A stretch of DNA of 60,582 bases, counting the filler, from Squatina squatina (lineage: Eukaryota): the NCBI GenBank assembly GCA_031763465.1. It is 4 parts of 4 records of this genome, joined end to end, with 100 filler letters (N's around TTAATTAATTAA, not from the genome) between each part and the next. Parts side by side here need not be neighbours in the genome. Positions count along the whole stretch, not along the records: positions 30,585 to 48,227 come from JARFOE010000073.1; 3 more parts are not named here. One strand, written 5' to 3'. The position numbers and the translations under genes are program-made. Shown here in pieces: positions 36,239-48,283 of the stretch. Below the pieces are notes generated by a model. It searched no databases, was not told where the DNA came from, and saw only the letters and a program-made list of their open reading frames with translations. Every line of letters begins with the position of its first letter. Within the stretch, counting starts at the first letter, position 1.

Positions 36239-38028
36239 NNNNNNNNNNNNNNNNNNNNNNNNNNNNNNNNNNNNNNNNNNNNNNNNNNNNNNNNNNNNNN
36301 NNNNNNNNNNNNNNNNNNNNNNNNNNNNNNNNNNNNNNTCTCCTCATTACTCAGTTAGTTTATGTCTCTTCAATTTTACAGGTGGTTATCCTTCGTTCAC
36401 AATTGTGGTTTAGATAAAAAAGCTTGCGGTCTAAATCATTTTTATCTTTTCGATTTCAACTTTCTAAATGTTATTATTTACTCCTGTCTTTTTCCTATGG
36501 AGGCTTAGATAGTTCTCCCTGGTGACAACAGCATGTATCTAGATGTTGTTCATTCACTAAGTATTTAGGAGGCCAATTTCAGAATTCTAGGAATAACTCC
36601 AACCCCCTTCATACTCTCAGCCTCCCTCAGGTATCCTATGTGTCACTGACAGACTCGTCCTGAACTCATACCCAAGTGGAATTTGTATTCCTGGGACTGA
36701 AATCTGAATTCTGGATTATAACTGGGAGACATTGTGACTGATTTAACACTAGGAGTCTAACACTTGTGGCTATTGGAGTTATCCCAGTCAAAATTGCTTA
36801 TTTAGACTGCACCCTAGATTATAACAGTAGTTTCCAACAGCCATACGGAAACAATTCTGATGCATAATTCATGTATGATGGCAAATTAGCAACTTTTTTT
36901 TCCAGTTTAGTCCTTTTCTCTCCTGAAGGTGCAGTTCAGTATTAAAGCCAAGTGTTTTTCTTGTATTATCCAGAGAGTGCTTTTTGACAGGCAATTGAAA
37001 TACGTATTGCATCGCAGCTGGACCCATTTCTGTCCTTATCTGACATCCACACACGTGCAATCTTTCGCAAGATCACAAGATAATTACAGATGAGAAAGGC
37101 CCATTTTAGTGCATCCACCCAGAATAATCCTAAAGTAACGATCCCCCCTCCTCTCTGTCCCCATTGCAGCATCCAGTTGGTTTCTAAATGATTCCAAGAA
37201 TTTTGCCTCCAGTCGTCTATGCAGAAGGATTTCCTGATATTCTAGTGGGGTATGTTGAAAGCAATCAGAAGCAGCAACCCTGGTCAATTTCCCCTGCCCT
37301 AGCTGAAGTCAATTGTAATACTCAGTTATCTCAGGACAGTTCAGGAATTGAACATGGCGTGTCTTTTGCATAAGGATTAATGTTTCACCAGCAGCGTGTT
37401 TACCACTAATCACTCAGGAAGCTGTTTAAGTGATTAATATTAAAACCCATTTCCAGGTTGTCCTGTCAGTGGTTCACTTATTACACATTCAGAAGCATGA
37501 AACATGATACATGCCAATTTTTAGAGTTTATTGACGCGGATTCGCATCATGAGACAAGTACAGTTTATAATATGACCCTTATAGTCTGTTCAGCTTTGCA
37601 TTTATACTCAGGTTTACTTGTTAAGAGGTAACTGAATAATAAACAGCCAGGTGTCATCCTGGTACAATTTGTTGCTAAACGTGGCTATCTTATGTTTCAT
37701 TGTACTACACCGACTATTAGTGTTAAAGAGTTTGATAGTGAGGGCTGCATGGGGTTGATCAGCATTAGCCAAGCTTCACATTAAATTATTATTTTGGTTG
37801 AAATTAAATTAAGTTTCTTTTTGAAAAATGGAAACATTCACTTCTTATAATGTGTTTTATTCATGACTTTGGTTCTGTATAACATTTGATTTTCTTCCAC
37901 CCTTCCCAATATGTGTTCTCTCTCCTTTCTCTCTTGCTGTCCTTTCTCCCTATCCCTTTATCTGTGATTCTTCTAACCTCTGGTCATCATATAACCCCTC
38001 CCGTGTTTGCTTCCATTTTCCCCGCTAG

Positions 38029-38339
38029 CTTGCTCACTTTCTGAAGGAAGACTCGGATGACTCTGAAGTAGAATGGATAATGAAAGAGTCTGCCTGTGAG
38101 AGATATCCTTTGTATTCTACTCAGGCGAATTCCATAGTAAATATAACATGCCATGAAAACATAGAGAACAAACCGCCGTTGGGAATACCAGAACAGTTGA
38201 GTTCATGTTTGCCAGGAACGTCAGACGTAGAGAAAGAGCAGAACTGGAAGCAGAAACTCAAAGGGCAGCAGGGCGATAGTCTTCTCATGGCTGTCGAGAC
38301 GATGCCACTTAACTGCACATCCAGGGCAAAGAGTCCTTG
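38029..38339 (+). CDS. SEPTIN4: SEPTIN4 N-terminal extension exon, 3' end in a gap
   Basis: LAHFLKEDSDDSEVEWIMKE...MPLNCTSRAKSP(W); both ends resemble human IKRFLEDTTDDGELSKFVKD...PLSPSARPRSPW. Long pyrimidine tract and cccgctag acceptor. Confidence 0.8.
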
Positions 38340-38471
38340 NNNNNNNNNNNNNNNNNNNNNNNNNNNNNNNNNNNNNNNNNNNNNNNNNNNNNNNNNNNNN
38401 NNNNNNNNNNNNNNNNNNNNNNNNNNNNNNNNNNNNNNNCTGCAATAACCCAGTCTTCATTTCCTCTCCAG

Positions 38472-38595
38472 AGAGGATCACCCAGACTGTTGATATCACC
38501 AAACATACGGTGGAAATTGAGGAGAAGGGAGTTCGACTTCGGCTCACGATTGTGGACACACCGGGATTTGGTGATGCCGTCAATAACCAAGAATG
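38472..38595 (+). CDS. SEPTIN4: SEPTIN4 GTPase-domain exon (G3 motif DTPG)
   Basis: (E)[44 protein letters not shown] and VRLRLT favour SEPT4 over SEPT5. Acceptor ctctccag, donor TG|GTACAA. Confidence 0.9.
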
Positions 38596-38669
38596 GTACA
38601 AGGAACCGGCCATAACATATAAGCTTTAATAGAATAACTTAAGGCTAGATGGAACAAGCACTGATTTGA

Positions 38670-39055
38670 GTGGGTAAAGCTCCCCAGTGGGTAAAGCCAC
38701 CACCTCGTGTAGTGCTGACTAGAAGGTCCAGGTTCGATTCCTGGTCTGTGCTGATCTCAGCTGGGACAGATCTAAGGGTCCTGTTGGCCTCAGTGCCCTT
38801 GGTTAGGGTGGAGAAAACCAGCCAAGGTTCCTGATCGCTAACTATCTAGTACAAAGTACATGCAAGTGGCCACTGGATGAGAACCAGATCAGGCTTCATT
38901 GTGATGCCTCCCATGTTGGTATAACCTGCAAGGACTCACTGCCGATACTCACACGTGAAAAATGGTTACATAGTTGAGGCACTGGAGGATTACTAGCACC
39001 TGTGGAACTGTACCCTCGCAAGAACCTGTGTCTTCAGGAGAGGAGGGAAGAAAGT
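38670..39055 (+). mobile_element. tRNA-derived SINE, second family, in a SEPTIN4 intron
   Basis: B-box ggttcgattcc at about 38731; body homologous to the copies at 15200 and 42630. Confidence 0.7.
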
Positions 39056-39729
39056 TGACCCACCATCCCCCACTCCCCCTCCCCCACCCCCACCAGCCAC
39101 AAAATAAATAAATAATGGGGCTGAAATTGTGATTGTCCCTGGGTGCTTACGATGTTCCCATGTACCCGAGGGGACCTTGCAAGTGCCGAATCTCAGGCTG
39201 CGCTGCTCATGCCCAGAGATCCGGAACTTGNNNNNNNNNNNNNNNNNNNNNNNNNNNNNNNNNNNNNNNNNNNNNNNNNNNNNNNNNNNNNNNNNNNNNN
39301 NNNNNNNNNNNNNNNNNNNNNNNNNNNNNNCCGCGAGGAAAACGGAGCAGGACTGCGAAAACCTAGGTCAATGTTTTTTTTTTCACTTCCCTTTCCCACC
39401 TCACCTTTAATCATCGTCGTCCCAGTAGCGGACGGTCAGCCGCCCGATCCGTGCCTCCTATCGCTGCCCGTGTTTTCGCCCGGCGCTGCTGCAGGGGGCA
39501 AAACTCAATTTTGGGGTTGGGGCGCTAATGGGGGGAGCAAATGCATTGAATTTCACTCCCATTATTTCTGAGCGTTCTGTGTACAATGTTCATTAATCTC
39601 CATCTCAAGGTCAATTCTCGAGACTGCTGCTCAGTACCCAATGCTGAAGATGCTGTGCATTCTGCTTCCAAAGAGATTTATTCATTTCAATTGTTTTATT
39701 TTTATCTGGCCTTTAATTTTCTGCTCCAG

Positions 39730-39826
39730 GACAGCATCCCATTCACTGTGATCGGTAGCAACACTGTGGTTGAAGCCAAAGGAAGGAGAGTTCGGGGGCG
39801 AATGTATCCCTGGGGTATTGTAGAAG
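39730..39826 (+). CDS. SEPTIN4: SEPTIN4 exon (97 nt), start of the septin unique element
   Basis: [32 protein letters not shown]. Acceptor ctccag, donor G|GTAACG. Confidence 0.92.
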
Positions 39827-41096
39827 GTAACGCACAATCACAAATCTTTTCTGATATTTGATGAATCTAAACTGTGTCTTGCTCCTCTGGTTAAAGGAAA
39901 AAGGTGGGGACTTGCCTGGATCAATGTCTTTTAAGCATCAATATCGGGCACTATTTCAAAAGTTCAAAATTCCAAAACAGACACGTGCTCTGTTTGTGAA
40001 AACAACGTAATGGTTTAAGAAAAAAAGTAGATTATGGAGATTGGATGNNNNNNNNNNNNNNNNNNNNNNNNNNNNNNNNNNNNNNNNNNNNNNNNNNNNN
40101 NNNNNNNNNNNNNNNNNNNNNNNNNNNNNNNNNNNNNNNNNNNNNNNTGTGGTTGGCCTTCTTGTGACAGATGAGACAGGAGTCCCGAGGGCGGAGTCTG
40201 TAAATTTTGGGGCCCTCTGCCCTCTCTCATGATCTGCCATTTTCACTCCGTGAAACTACAGCTTCTGGCACCAGCAGACAACTTCCTCTTCCCCTCTCCA
40301 GAGTGATTTAAGCTCAGATTTTCATGAGGCCTTTTAAGAGCGGAGGTGGGCTTGCAAATCACTGAGAAAAATTGATTAATTCAAAGAATTGGGCCCATGA
40401 AGCAATTCACGCCCATTTAACGCTTCTTCTGAACCTCATCGCGCTCATTTCTAGCTTGTTTTAGATCCCGCCTGAAAAAATTTTTCTAAGAGTCCCAATT
40501 TCCCAGCGTAACTTTTCAGCACTAAACGGGCGCAAAAAACAAACATATTTGTTCCTTAAGTTTCTAGCATGGCGCAATCCAATTGGGCCCCCCAAATTTT
40601 TAATTACCTCTGAATGAGCCTAGCTAAAAAAGAACAGTCAGTGTGAAGGAGTTGGAAGAAGAAGTGGTCAGATCGCCAGAAAAGGCATTCAGTCTGCCTT
40701 CCATCGACCTCGACCTGTCTCTTCCCTCAAGCCTTCTCCAAACAGCAATGCAGAGGCAGGAAAGGTGCTATATAGATGCAAGATCTTTATTTTTGTTTAA
40801 GGAGTGGGATGCTACAACTGGTCACGGGGGTAGCGAGCAAAGTGGGGAAGGGGGAGATCAGCCAAGAGACTTGCTACTGGTTGCTGTCTAATGACCCCTG
40901 CTGGAAAATGCATTGTGTGTGGACTTGGGGTCAGGACAGCGTCAGACTTGGCTGTAATGCCCTGTGTTGCCAGTTGGGAGAGATAGCAGAGAGTTTGTGT
41001 GCGCACACCCAGCAGCAGCCCTCATGGGGAGGGGCAGGTCAGGAGGTGGCCTTATCTTTTTTGGTGAAATAATTGATATCCTGTTTTGTATCCTAG

Positions 41097-41168
41097 TTGC
41101 GGCGGATGCAAGAAATGCTGCAGAAGATTCAGCAACAAATGCATGGCCAGAAGCCCGAAGGACTGTAG
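41097..41168 (+). CDS. SEPTIN4: SEPTIN4 terminal coding exon
   Basis: LRRMQEMLQKIQQQMHGQKPEGL* vs human LRRMQEMLHKIQKQMKENY*. Acceptor ttttgtatcctag. Confidence 0.9.
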   Translation: MRRMQEMLQKIQQQMHGQKPEGL

Positions 41169-41364
41169 CACGTGGTGCTTGCCACTTTCTTCAGGGATTT
41201 GAGATGTTTACAGTCTTCACCCCTGCCCCCCTCCCCACGGGCACGGACACCGTTCCTCGTCACANNNNNNNNNNNNNNNNNNNNNNNNNNNNNNNNNNNN
41301 NNNNNNNNNNNNNNNNNNNNNNNNNNNNNNNNNNNNNNNNNNNNNNNNNNNNNNNNNNNNNNNN

Positions 41365-41630
41365 CTGTATCACTGGGTGTTCCGCCCCAGCACTGTATCA
41401 CTGGGTGGTCCGCTCCTGCACTGTATCACTGGGTGTTCCACCCCAGCACTGTATCACTGGGTGCTCCACCCCAGCACGGCATCAGCGGGCGTTCCACCTC
41501 AGCGCTATATCACCGAGCATTCCACCCCAGCATTGTATCACGGAGTGTTCCAACCCAGCGCTGTAATACTGGGCGCCCCACCCCAGCACTGTATCACTGG
41601 GTGTCCCTCCAGCACTGTAACACTGGGCGT
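41365..41630 (+). repeat. Minisatellite, unit about 27 bp
   Basis: About ten copies of cagcactgtatcactgggtgttccaccc variants. Confidence 0.9.
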
Positions 41631-41750
41631 TCACCCCTGCCCCCCTCCCCAAGGGCACGGACACCGTTCCTCGTCACAAAGCTTCGGGGCATGGAGCTTG
41701 GCCTGTCTAAATCACTAACTTCAGAATTCAACATCTTGTCTTTCACTGGG

Positions 41751-41836
41751 AATAAATGCATCCATTTTATTAGTCCCACTAATTTAAAGCATTTAAAATA
41801 GTAGGAACCAAACCTAGAATTCATAACCGCAATAAA
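41751..41836 (+). terminator. Candidate polyadenylation signals of SEPTIN4
   Basis: AATAAA at 41751-41756 and 41831-41836, downstream of the stop codon but across one gap. Confidence 0.4.
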
Positions 41837-42629
41837 TGTTGGGTGTTGTCCATAAATTTGAGGGATTTTAAACATGATTTATGAATCCCATTTTGCTTTG
41901 CTGAAAACAGACTGGATCTCTCCTTTTCCCAGATTTATGTAGCAATGATCTATCCTGCTGGTTTAAAAGTTGTTCTTGCACCTGGATTTCCCAGTTGTGG
42001 TTAGACTAATACAACACTTCCAATCGGAACCTCACAGGGATTTCCACAACATATTGGCAGCACAAGCTTTCTACTCATTGCTTCCGAATCGCAACTTAGT
42101 CCTGAGGCAGCCTCACACCAGTAAAGTCAAGAGTCACGTCCTCACATCTTTTCCGGGGTTTGCCGGGTTTTAACCTTACTGAAAGAAAACTGTGGATCTA
42201 GTGGGAATGAAAATGGCCTAAAAATGGAAATGGCGGAGGACACTGGAATATGGAGAAAAACACCGGAAATTAGGGTGAAACATGCTGGCAATAGGGAAAA
42301 AACAATCAGAAAGTGGACTGTTAATATTTGGAACCATGGCAAGGTCACTCTGAGTGAGGCCAAGAACAACTTAAAGCTTCTCTTGAACAGATCTTTTGTG
42401 TTTCTATGAAATGTTGAAAATTATACACTGTAATAGTCACTTACTAATTCTTACTTAAAAGGTTTTCAAATCCCTATACAATAACATCCATCATTAAGTT
42501 AATATAAAATAAACATAAATGATATAGGTTGTAATCAGCTCCTTCAAAGAAATGGTAGACTCTCCTACCATCAGTCTTAAAAATACCGCATTCCTTTTCA
42601 AGTCAAGCAATCTATAAAACATCAGACAA

Positions 42630-43045
42630 GTGTGGCCTATAGCTCAGTGGGTGAGAGTGCTGTCTGGTGTGATTCCTGGTCATACAGATCAAGTAGGCTC
42701 CAGGTTCAATCCCTGGTCTCTACTATGTTTGTTGATCCCAGTCAGGGCAGTGGTGAGGGGCCCTGCAATGGACCTTAGTGTCCTTGGACTAGGGAATGGA
42801 GGATTGAGCCAAGGTTTCTCCTGCACATTGCTTTGTAGTAACTCTTGCTGGAAAATGTGGCTGTGTGTGGACACTGGGTGAGGGCAGGGGTTGTGTCAGG
42901 GTTCACTGTGTTGCTCCCATCCTCAATCCAAAGCCCCACTGACGAATGGAGAATGCCCATTTGGGTTAGGTATTGAAGAGCAGCCGGTGCCTGTGGAACT
43001 GTACTCCAGCATAAGTTAATACCTCCAGGAGAATGAGGGCAGAAA
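42630..43045 (+). mobile_element. tRNA-derived SINE, second family, near full length
   Basis: A-box tagctcagtgg and B-box ggttcaatccc; body homologous to the 38670 copy. Confidence 0.75.
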
Positions 43046-44861
43046 ACTGATGATGATGAAGTAAAACCTCCAAACTAAAATTTACTGCTTATAAGGGTTC
43101 TCTGAATGAAACGGTTGTCGGCTTCCCAACCAAGCACTTACCAAGCTTTAGCTCCATGGGTGTAATTAGGTAGTGTGATAGCATTTACCAATCTAATGAG
43201 ATTCCTCCTCTCCAGNNNNNNNNNNNNNNNNNNNNNNNNNNNNNNNNNNNNNNNNNNNNNNNNNNNNNNNNNNNNNNNNNNNNNNNNNNNNNNNNNNNNN
43301 NNNNNNNNNNNNNNNGAACGATCCCCTTTAAGGGCTGAGGTGGGCTGAGACCTGATAGAAGCTCCTTACATCGGATCAACAATTGAGCAGCTGGAAAAAG
43401 CGGAGTCAATAGTTCCATTAGCACCGGTTTTGAACATAGGTTTTGTTTTGTGATGCCAAGAAATTTTCTAAGGCGCCAATTCCCTGACTTAAAGGGACAG
43501 CTCTATTCGGGCCCTAAAATTACACCGATTGGCCCCATATAGCCACCAGCTATAAAAATGCCAATTGGGCTTTAAGCTCTACTTGTGCTTTCTACTAGTT
43601 TTGGGCACTAGCTTCCTCATCTAGTTTTTTTGTCACTTTACTAGCGCAGAACAATATTTCTAGAGTTTCTAAAGTCAAGTATGTTTTTTAGTGCACAGCT
43701 AAAGCTTGCCATCAGATGTAGACAAAATTGGGAGTGTTTCAGCAAAAGTCTCTCAGAAATCCCAGGAATAGCAAATGTTGGTAAAGAGAACAAGGTAGGT
43801 TTGGGTTCGGAGGTTGGGATTAAGGCAATATTTCAGATCAAGTGTTACATGACACCTGCCATTCATAAACCAAGAATTGACACGGCCACTGGGCCTAATG
43901 TAGACAAAGCGAGTGAATTCCTCATGCCTTCTCCCACTCTGCTGCTACATCCTCGATGTGAGTTCGGCAGAAACACTATTTCTGTGTGAAAGCCGTTACG
44001 GTGGTGAAGTGGAGAAGTCCTGAGGAAATTCTCACCCAAAGATTTTATTTCCTGGAATCCCTCACTCCAAATGAAATGTGTTAATTAAAAATAATCCTTC
44101 TTATTTCTCCCTCAGAGGCCCAATAATTTTATATTGTTGATTGATAAAGTCACATTGAGTCAGTGCCAGGTCCCCGTGACCTCAATGATCTTGGCATAAT
44201 TGCCATTCCTATGGGTAGTGTGTAAACACATATATCCAAGTGTCATTTGCAAGGGTTGCTATGGTGATGTTAACTGCTTAAATCTGTTTAAGCAGTTAGA
44301 TTGGATTACGATTTCTGTGGAAGTGATTTCTCTGAAATTCAAAGTGACTTTCATCCTTACCACATGTGCCCAAACAACACAAATGACTCAAAGTAATTCA
44401 TTGGCTGTGAAGTGTTTTGGAATGTCCTTGAGTGAAAGTCATTTAAATAAATGTAAGTTTTTTTTTACTTGTTATTCAAACAATAGAGAATTTTGTCCAT
44501 GTTCTTCCTAATCCAGTGGTAATGCAGTATTTTAGATTAGTCTCCATTTCTGTTTCACAACTCTCTGTGTCACTCCCTTCTGGTCTATCTACCCTTGTCT
44601 TTCACTCCTGTTTGGCTCACTATCCCACAACCCCATCAGCCGCACTCTTTCAGGATTCTCTGCTCCATTCCCTTGCAGCCCTGTCTTGCACCTTCCCTCA
44701 CAGCCCTCAGTCCTTCAGAAGATCATAGCCTCTCTCCCTTGTGGCCCCAGTAGCCCCAGTTNNNNNNNNNNNNNNNNNNNNNNNNNNNNNNNNNNNNNNN
44801 NNNNNNNNNNNNNNNNNNNNNNNNNNNNNNNNNNNNNNNNNNNNNNNNNNNNNNNNNNNNN

Positions 44862-45090
44862 TCACAGCCAATGAAATACTTTTTGAAGTGCAGTCACTGT
44901 TGTAATGTTGCAAGTGCGGCAGCCAATTTGCGCACAGCAAGCTCCCACAAGCAACAATGTGATTATCTGTTTTACTAATGTAATAAGGGATATGGGTCAA
45001 TGTCAGGTAAATGGAATTGAGGTACAGGTCAGCCATGATCTTACTAAATGCCGGAACAGGCTCAAGGTGCTGAATGGCCTATTGCTGTTC
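44862..45090. mobile_element. DeuSINE 3' fragment (minus) followed by a CR1 tail (plus)
   Basis: acagccaatgaaatactttttgaagtgcagtcactgttgtaatg matches 52940-52980; then cagccatgatct...gaatggcctattgctgttcc. Confidence 0.7.
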
Positions 45091-45289
45091 CAAATAAATG
45101 GATGCACAAAAGTCAAACACTGCACCACAACTGTTACTTATACTTGCTTGTCAGAATTTCTCATTTTCTAATGGCTTGAGCAGTACCCAAGTCCTAGAAT
45201 TGAAGCTTTAAGTGCTTCTGTTGCAGGTAAAATGTAGGGACATACTCAGTTACATATTTTCATGCTGTAATACTCCACAATACTGTTTA

Positions 45290-45745
45290 ACAAACAGCTT
45301 TCATTTCAATAGTGCCTTTAACGTAGTAAAACATCCCAGGATGCTTCAAACAATATTTGACCGCGAGCCACATAAGGAGATATTAAGACAGGTGAGGAAA
45401 AGATTGGTCAGAGGTAGGTTTTAAGGAGCGTCATAAAAGGAGAGAGGTAGAGAGGTTTCAGAAAGGAGTTCCAGAGCTTAGGGCCTAGGCACCCAAAGAC
45501 ACAGGCGCCAATGGTGCAGCAATGAAATTGAGGACGCACAAGAGGCCAGAATTGGAGGCGCACAGAGATCTCCGAGGGTTATAGGGCTGGAGTAGGTTAG
45601 AGAGATAGGGAGGGGCAAGGCCATGGAGGGATTTGATAAAAGAATGAGAATTTTTAAAAATCGAGACATTGTCGAACCAGGAGCCAATGTAGGTCAGTGA
45701 GCACAGGTGATGGGTAAACAAGACTTGGTGCGAATTAGGATACAG
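45290..45745 (-). mobile_element. L2 LINE 3' end
   Basis: KSLHGLAPPYLSNLLQPYNPRRSL motif and a 3' tail complementary to gcctttaacgtagtaaaacatccc. Confidence 0.85.
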
Positions 45746-46549
45746 GTAGCAGACAGTCTGTAGAGGTAGAAGCTAACTGAAACTGCATGCACACTACAAC
45801 TGTAATGTTGGTAAAGCTGTAGTGCAAATCCAGAATCCTGAGAGAAGTGGGAGATTACTAGGGAAATGAGGCCTGACTCCGGATTGCCACCATAACCTGC
45901 AGAGTGAATTGCTTTGCACTGATGCTCCATTTGAAGTGTAAATGCAGCCTCAGCCTACACTNNNNNNNNNNTAAAAATCATTTTAGGATCCAATAGTATC
46001 TGTCATAATGCAGGCATCAGCTATTTTCACACAACAGAGCCCAAGTTCAGCAAGCATAGAAAACAGACAAAACTAAAGCTGACTCTCTAATGTGTTACTA
46101 ATCACAGAGCCAGAAACAAGGGGGAAAGTTCTATAAATAAAAACGGGAAATGCTGGAAATTCATAGTGAGTGTCTGTAGACAGGTTATGAAGTTCTGAAT
46201 CCTGCCATTTCTCTTTACAGAAGCTGACTGATATGCCCTATATTTCCAGCATTATCTATTTTTATTTCATATTTCCAGCACTTGCAGTTTTTTCTTTTAA
46301 TTTTACCAAACAGTAATGTGATTGCAGCTGTAAACTCCCTCACAGCATATAATACTGCTAGGCTGTAATTATAAGAATGTGGCAGCTACTGCAACTGTGG
46401 GTGGATTTTATTTTACAAACTATGACTACTATATTGTGCCCACTTCTGTTTGACCACATTATCCTGAGTGTCAAAATAGTAACAGGCATACAGGAAATTA
46501 CAATGATATGCAAGTCTTAGATTGCTCCTTTAGGGGGCCTCATGTTCAT

Positions 46550-47026
46550 TTATTTGTTTTTACTGAACAAAAGGAAAAACCCTGCAAAAAGCATAACAGT
46601 CACTGTCAGCTCCACTATCTTGTGAAGATGCCATTTTTCCCCCAGACCTTCCCTGCTTTTGCGAAGCTGCATCCTTCTCCAGCGCAGGATCTGCTCTTTC
46701 TCCAGTTGCTCCCCATAGTGAGCCCTGTAGAACTCATCAAAATTGAACTTTGATTTCCCAGTGTCGAACTTATCTGATGAGCTCCTGGCCTGTGATTGCT
46801 TTGCTGTTGAGGCTTGAGTTTTTTCCAAAGGTTTTTTCCCACTATGCAAATCTGCTGAAGTCAGAATCCCTCTGTCGTATTTCTTCCTCAGACTTACGCT
46901 GCCCAGCACAGAATATGCCTCATTGATTTGAGTGAACCTCAATGCTGCCTCTTCACTGCCTGCATTTTTGTCTGGATGGTAAATAAGTGACTGCTTGTAG
47001 TAAGCAGATTTGATCTGACTCTGGGT
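46550..47026 (-). CDS. DNAJC30: DnaJ homolog subfamily C member 30 (mitochondrial), intronless, 5' end lost in a gap
   Basis: TQSQIKSAYYKQSLIYHPDKNAGSEEAALRFTQINEAYSVLGSVSLRKKYDRGIL (J-domain with HPD), FNFDEFYRAHYGEQLEKE motif and a C-terminal hydrophobic segment; uninterrupted frame to the stop. Confidence 0.95.
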   Translation of the reverse strand, partial: TQSQIKSAYYKQSLIYHPDKNAGSEEAALRFTQINEAYSVLGSVSLRKKYDRGILTSADLHSGKKPLEKTQASTAKQSQARSSSDKFDTGKSKFNFDEFYRAHYGEQLEKEQILRWRRMQLRKSREGLGEKWHLHKIVELTVTVMLFAGFFLLFSKNK

Positions 47027-47128
47027 GNNNNNNNNNNNNNNNNNNNNNNNNNNNNNNNNNNNNNNNNNNNNNNNNNNNNNNNNNNNNNNNNNNNNNNNNN
47101 NNNNNNNNNNNNNNNNNNNNNNNNNNNC

Positions 47129-47780
47129 TCTGGTTATTGACCCACTGCCCAGAGGGAATGTTTATTCCCCATTTACTCCATCAAAACCTCTCATCATCCT
47201 GCAAACCTCTATTTGTTCACCTTTAACCTTCTCTGTTCCAAGGAGAACATCCTAACTTTTCCAACCTCCCCTTATAACTGAAGTCCCTCGTCCCTGGGAA
47301 CATCCAGGTAAATCTTCACTCTACCCTCTCTAAGGCCCTTACATCTGTCCCAAAGTGTAGAGCCCAGAATTGTCCACATTGCTCCAGCTGAGGCCTAACC
47401 ATCGATTTATAAAGTTCTAGCGTGATCTCGTTGCTTTTATATTCTATGCCTCTATTTATAAACCCAAATAATCCATTTCTTTTTTTTTTAAACCACCTTA
47501 TCAACTTGCCCTGCCACCTTTAAGGATTTGTGTGTCTGGACGCCAAGGTTTCTCCGCTCATCTCCACTTTTCAAAATCGTGCCGTATACTATTTTTCCAT
47601 ATTAGTCCTCCCAAAATGCATCACTTCACACTTCTCCACATTAAACTCCATTTGCCACGCTTCTGCCCATTTCACCATCCTGCCTATTTCATCCTCATAA
47701 CCATCCTCATCACTATTTACCACTTTGCCAAGTTTTTGTATCATTTGCAATCTTTATGATGCTGCTCCCTACAGCCAAGT
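47129..47780 (-). mobile_element. CR1 LINE 3' ORF2 fragment
   Basis: GFINRGIEYKSNEITLELYKSMVRPQLEQCGQFWALHF. Confidence 0.88.
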
Positions 47781-48271
47781 CTGGGGGCGCCCAATTCGAG
47801 GAAAAACTACTGGCACGAAATAGGCGCGAAACTGGCGTAATGGCACTTCAGGCGCGAAAACGCGGGTGCAAAATTCGGCTCCCGTTTGCGCCGGGCACAG
47901 GGCCCATGAAGCTCGAAGCGCTGGCTGTAGCTTAATCGCAACGCTGTAATGTCATAAGTGCACGCGCCGCCCAAAATGGGCGCCCGTCTGAAATTGCACA
48001 GTGTCAGTGTGCACTAAGCTCAGTGGTGACAACGCCTGCTTTTTTCAGCGGTGACACGGGCCTCACCTCACATAATCCAGCGCAAGTGAGAAAAGTCAGA
48101 ATGGGCTCCATTTTATTCTTGCTCAGTGGCTCCGTGACGCGCGCATCACATGACTCTGCACTTTAAAAGCCTCACTCTGAGCCCCTGCTGGCCTGTCTTT
48201 GGGTTTACATCTGTTGGAGGAATCAGANNNNNNNNNNNNNNNNNNNNNNNNNNNNNNNNNNNNNNNNNNNN

Positions 48272-48283
48272 TTAATTAATTAA
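48272..48283. other. Artificial scaffold linker TTAATTAATTAA
   Basis: Same as 14249; ends the LIMK1-SEPTIN4-DNAJC30 block. Confidence 0.95.

Noticed and set aside
38596-38630. Weak SEPTIN4 donor GTACAA with read-through peptide [11 protein letters not shown], as an ARTS-like truncation
   Set aside because: Human ARTS diverges at a later point (after PFGHG) that is not present in this window; no evidence of intron retention here.
4928-41168. Apparent exon loss or pseudogenisation of PISD, DYNC2H1, LIMK1 and SEPTIN4
   Set aside because: All visible exons have intact frames and splice sites; missing exons coincide with N gaps.
33550-41630. Possible CRISPR-like arrays at 33550 and 41365
   Set aside because: Units are contiguous degenerate tandem repeats with no unique spacers and no cas genes, in vertebrate DNA.
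42630-42720. tRNA gene (A and B boxes present)
   Set aside because: No complete cloverleaf, and it continues into a body shared with other dispersed copies, so it is a SINE head.
47782-48227. CpG-rich patch upstream of DNAJC30 as its promoter
   Set aside because: Separated from the CDS by a gap and a CR1 fragment, and it resembles the dispersed GC-rich transposon ends.
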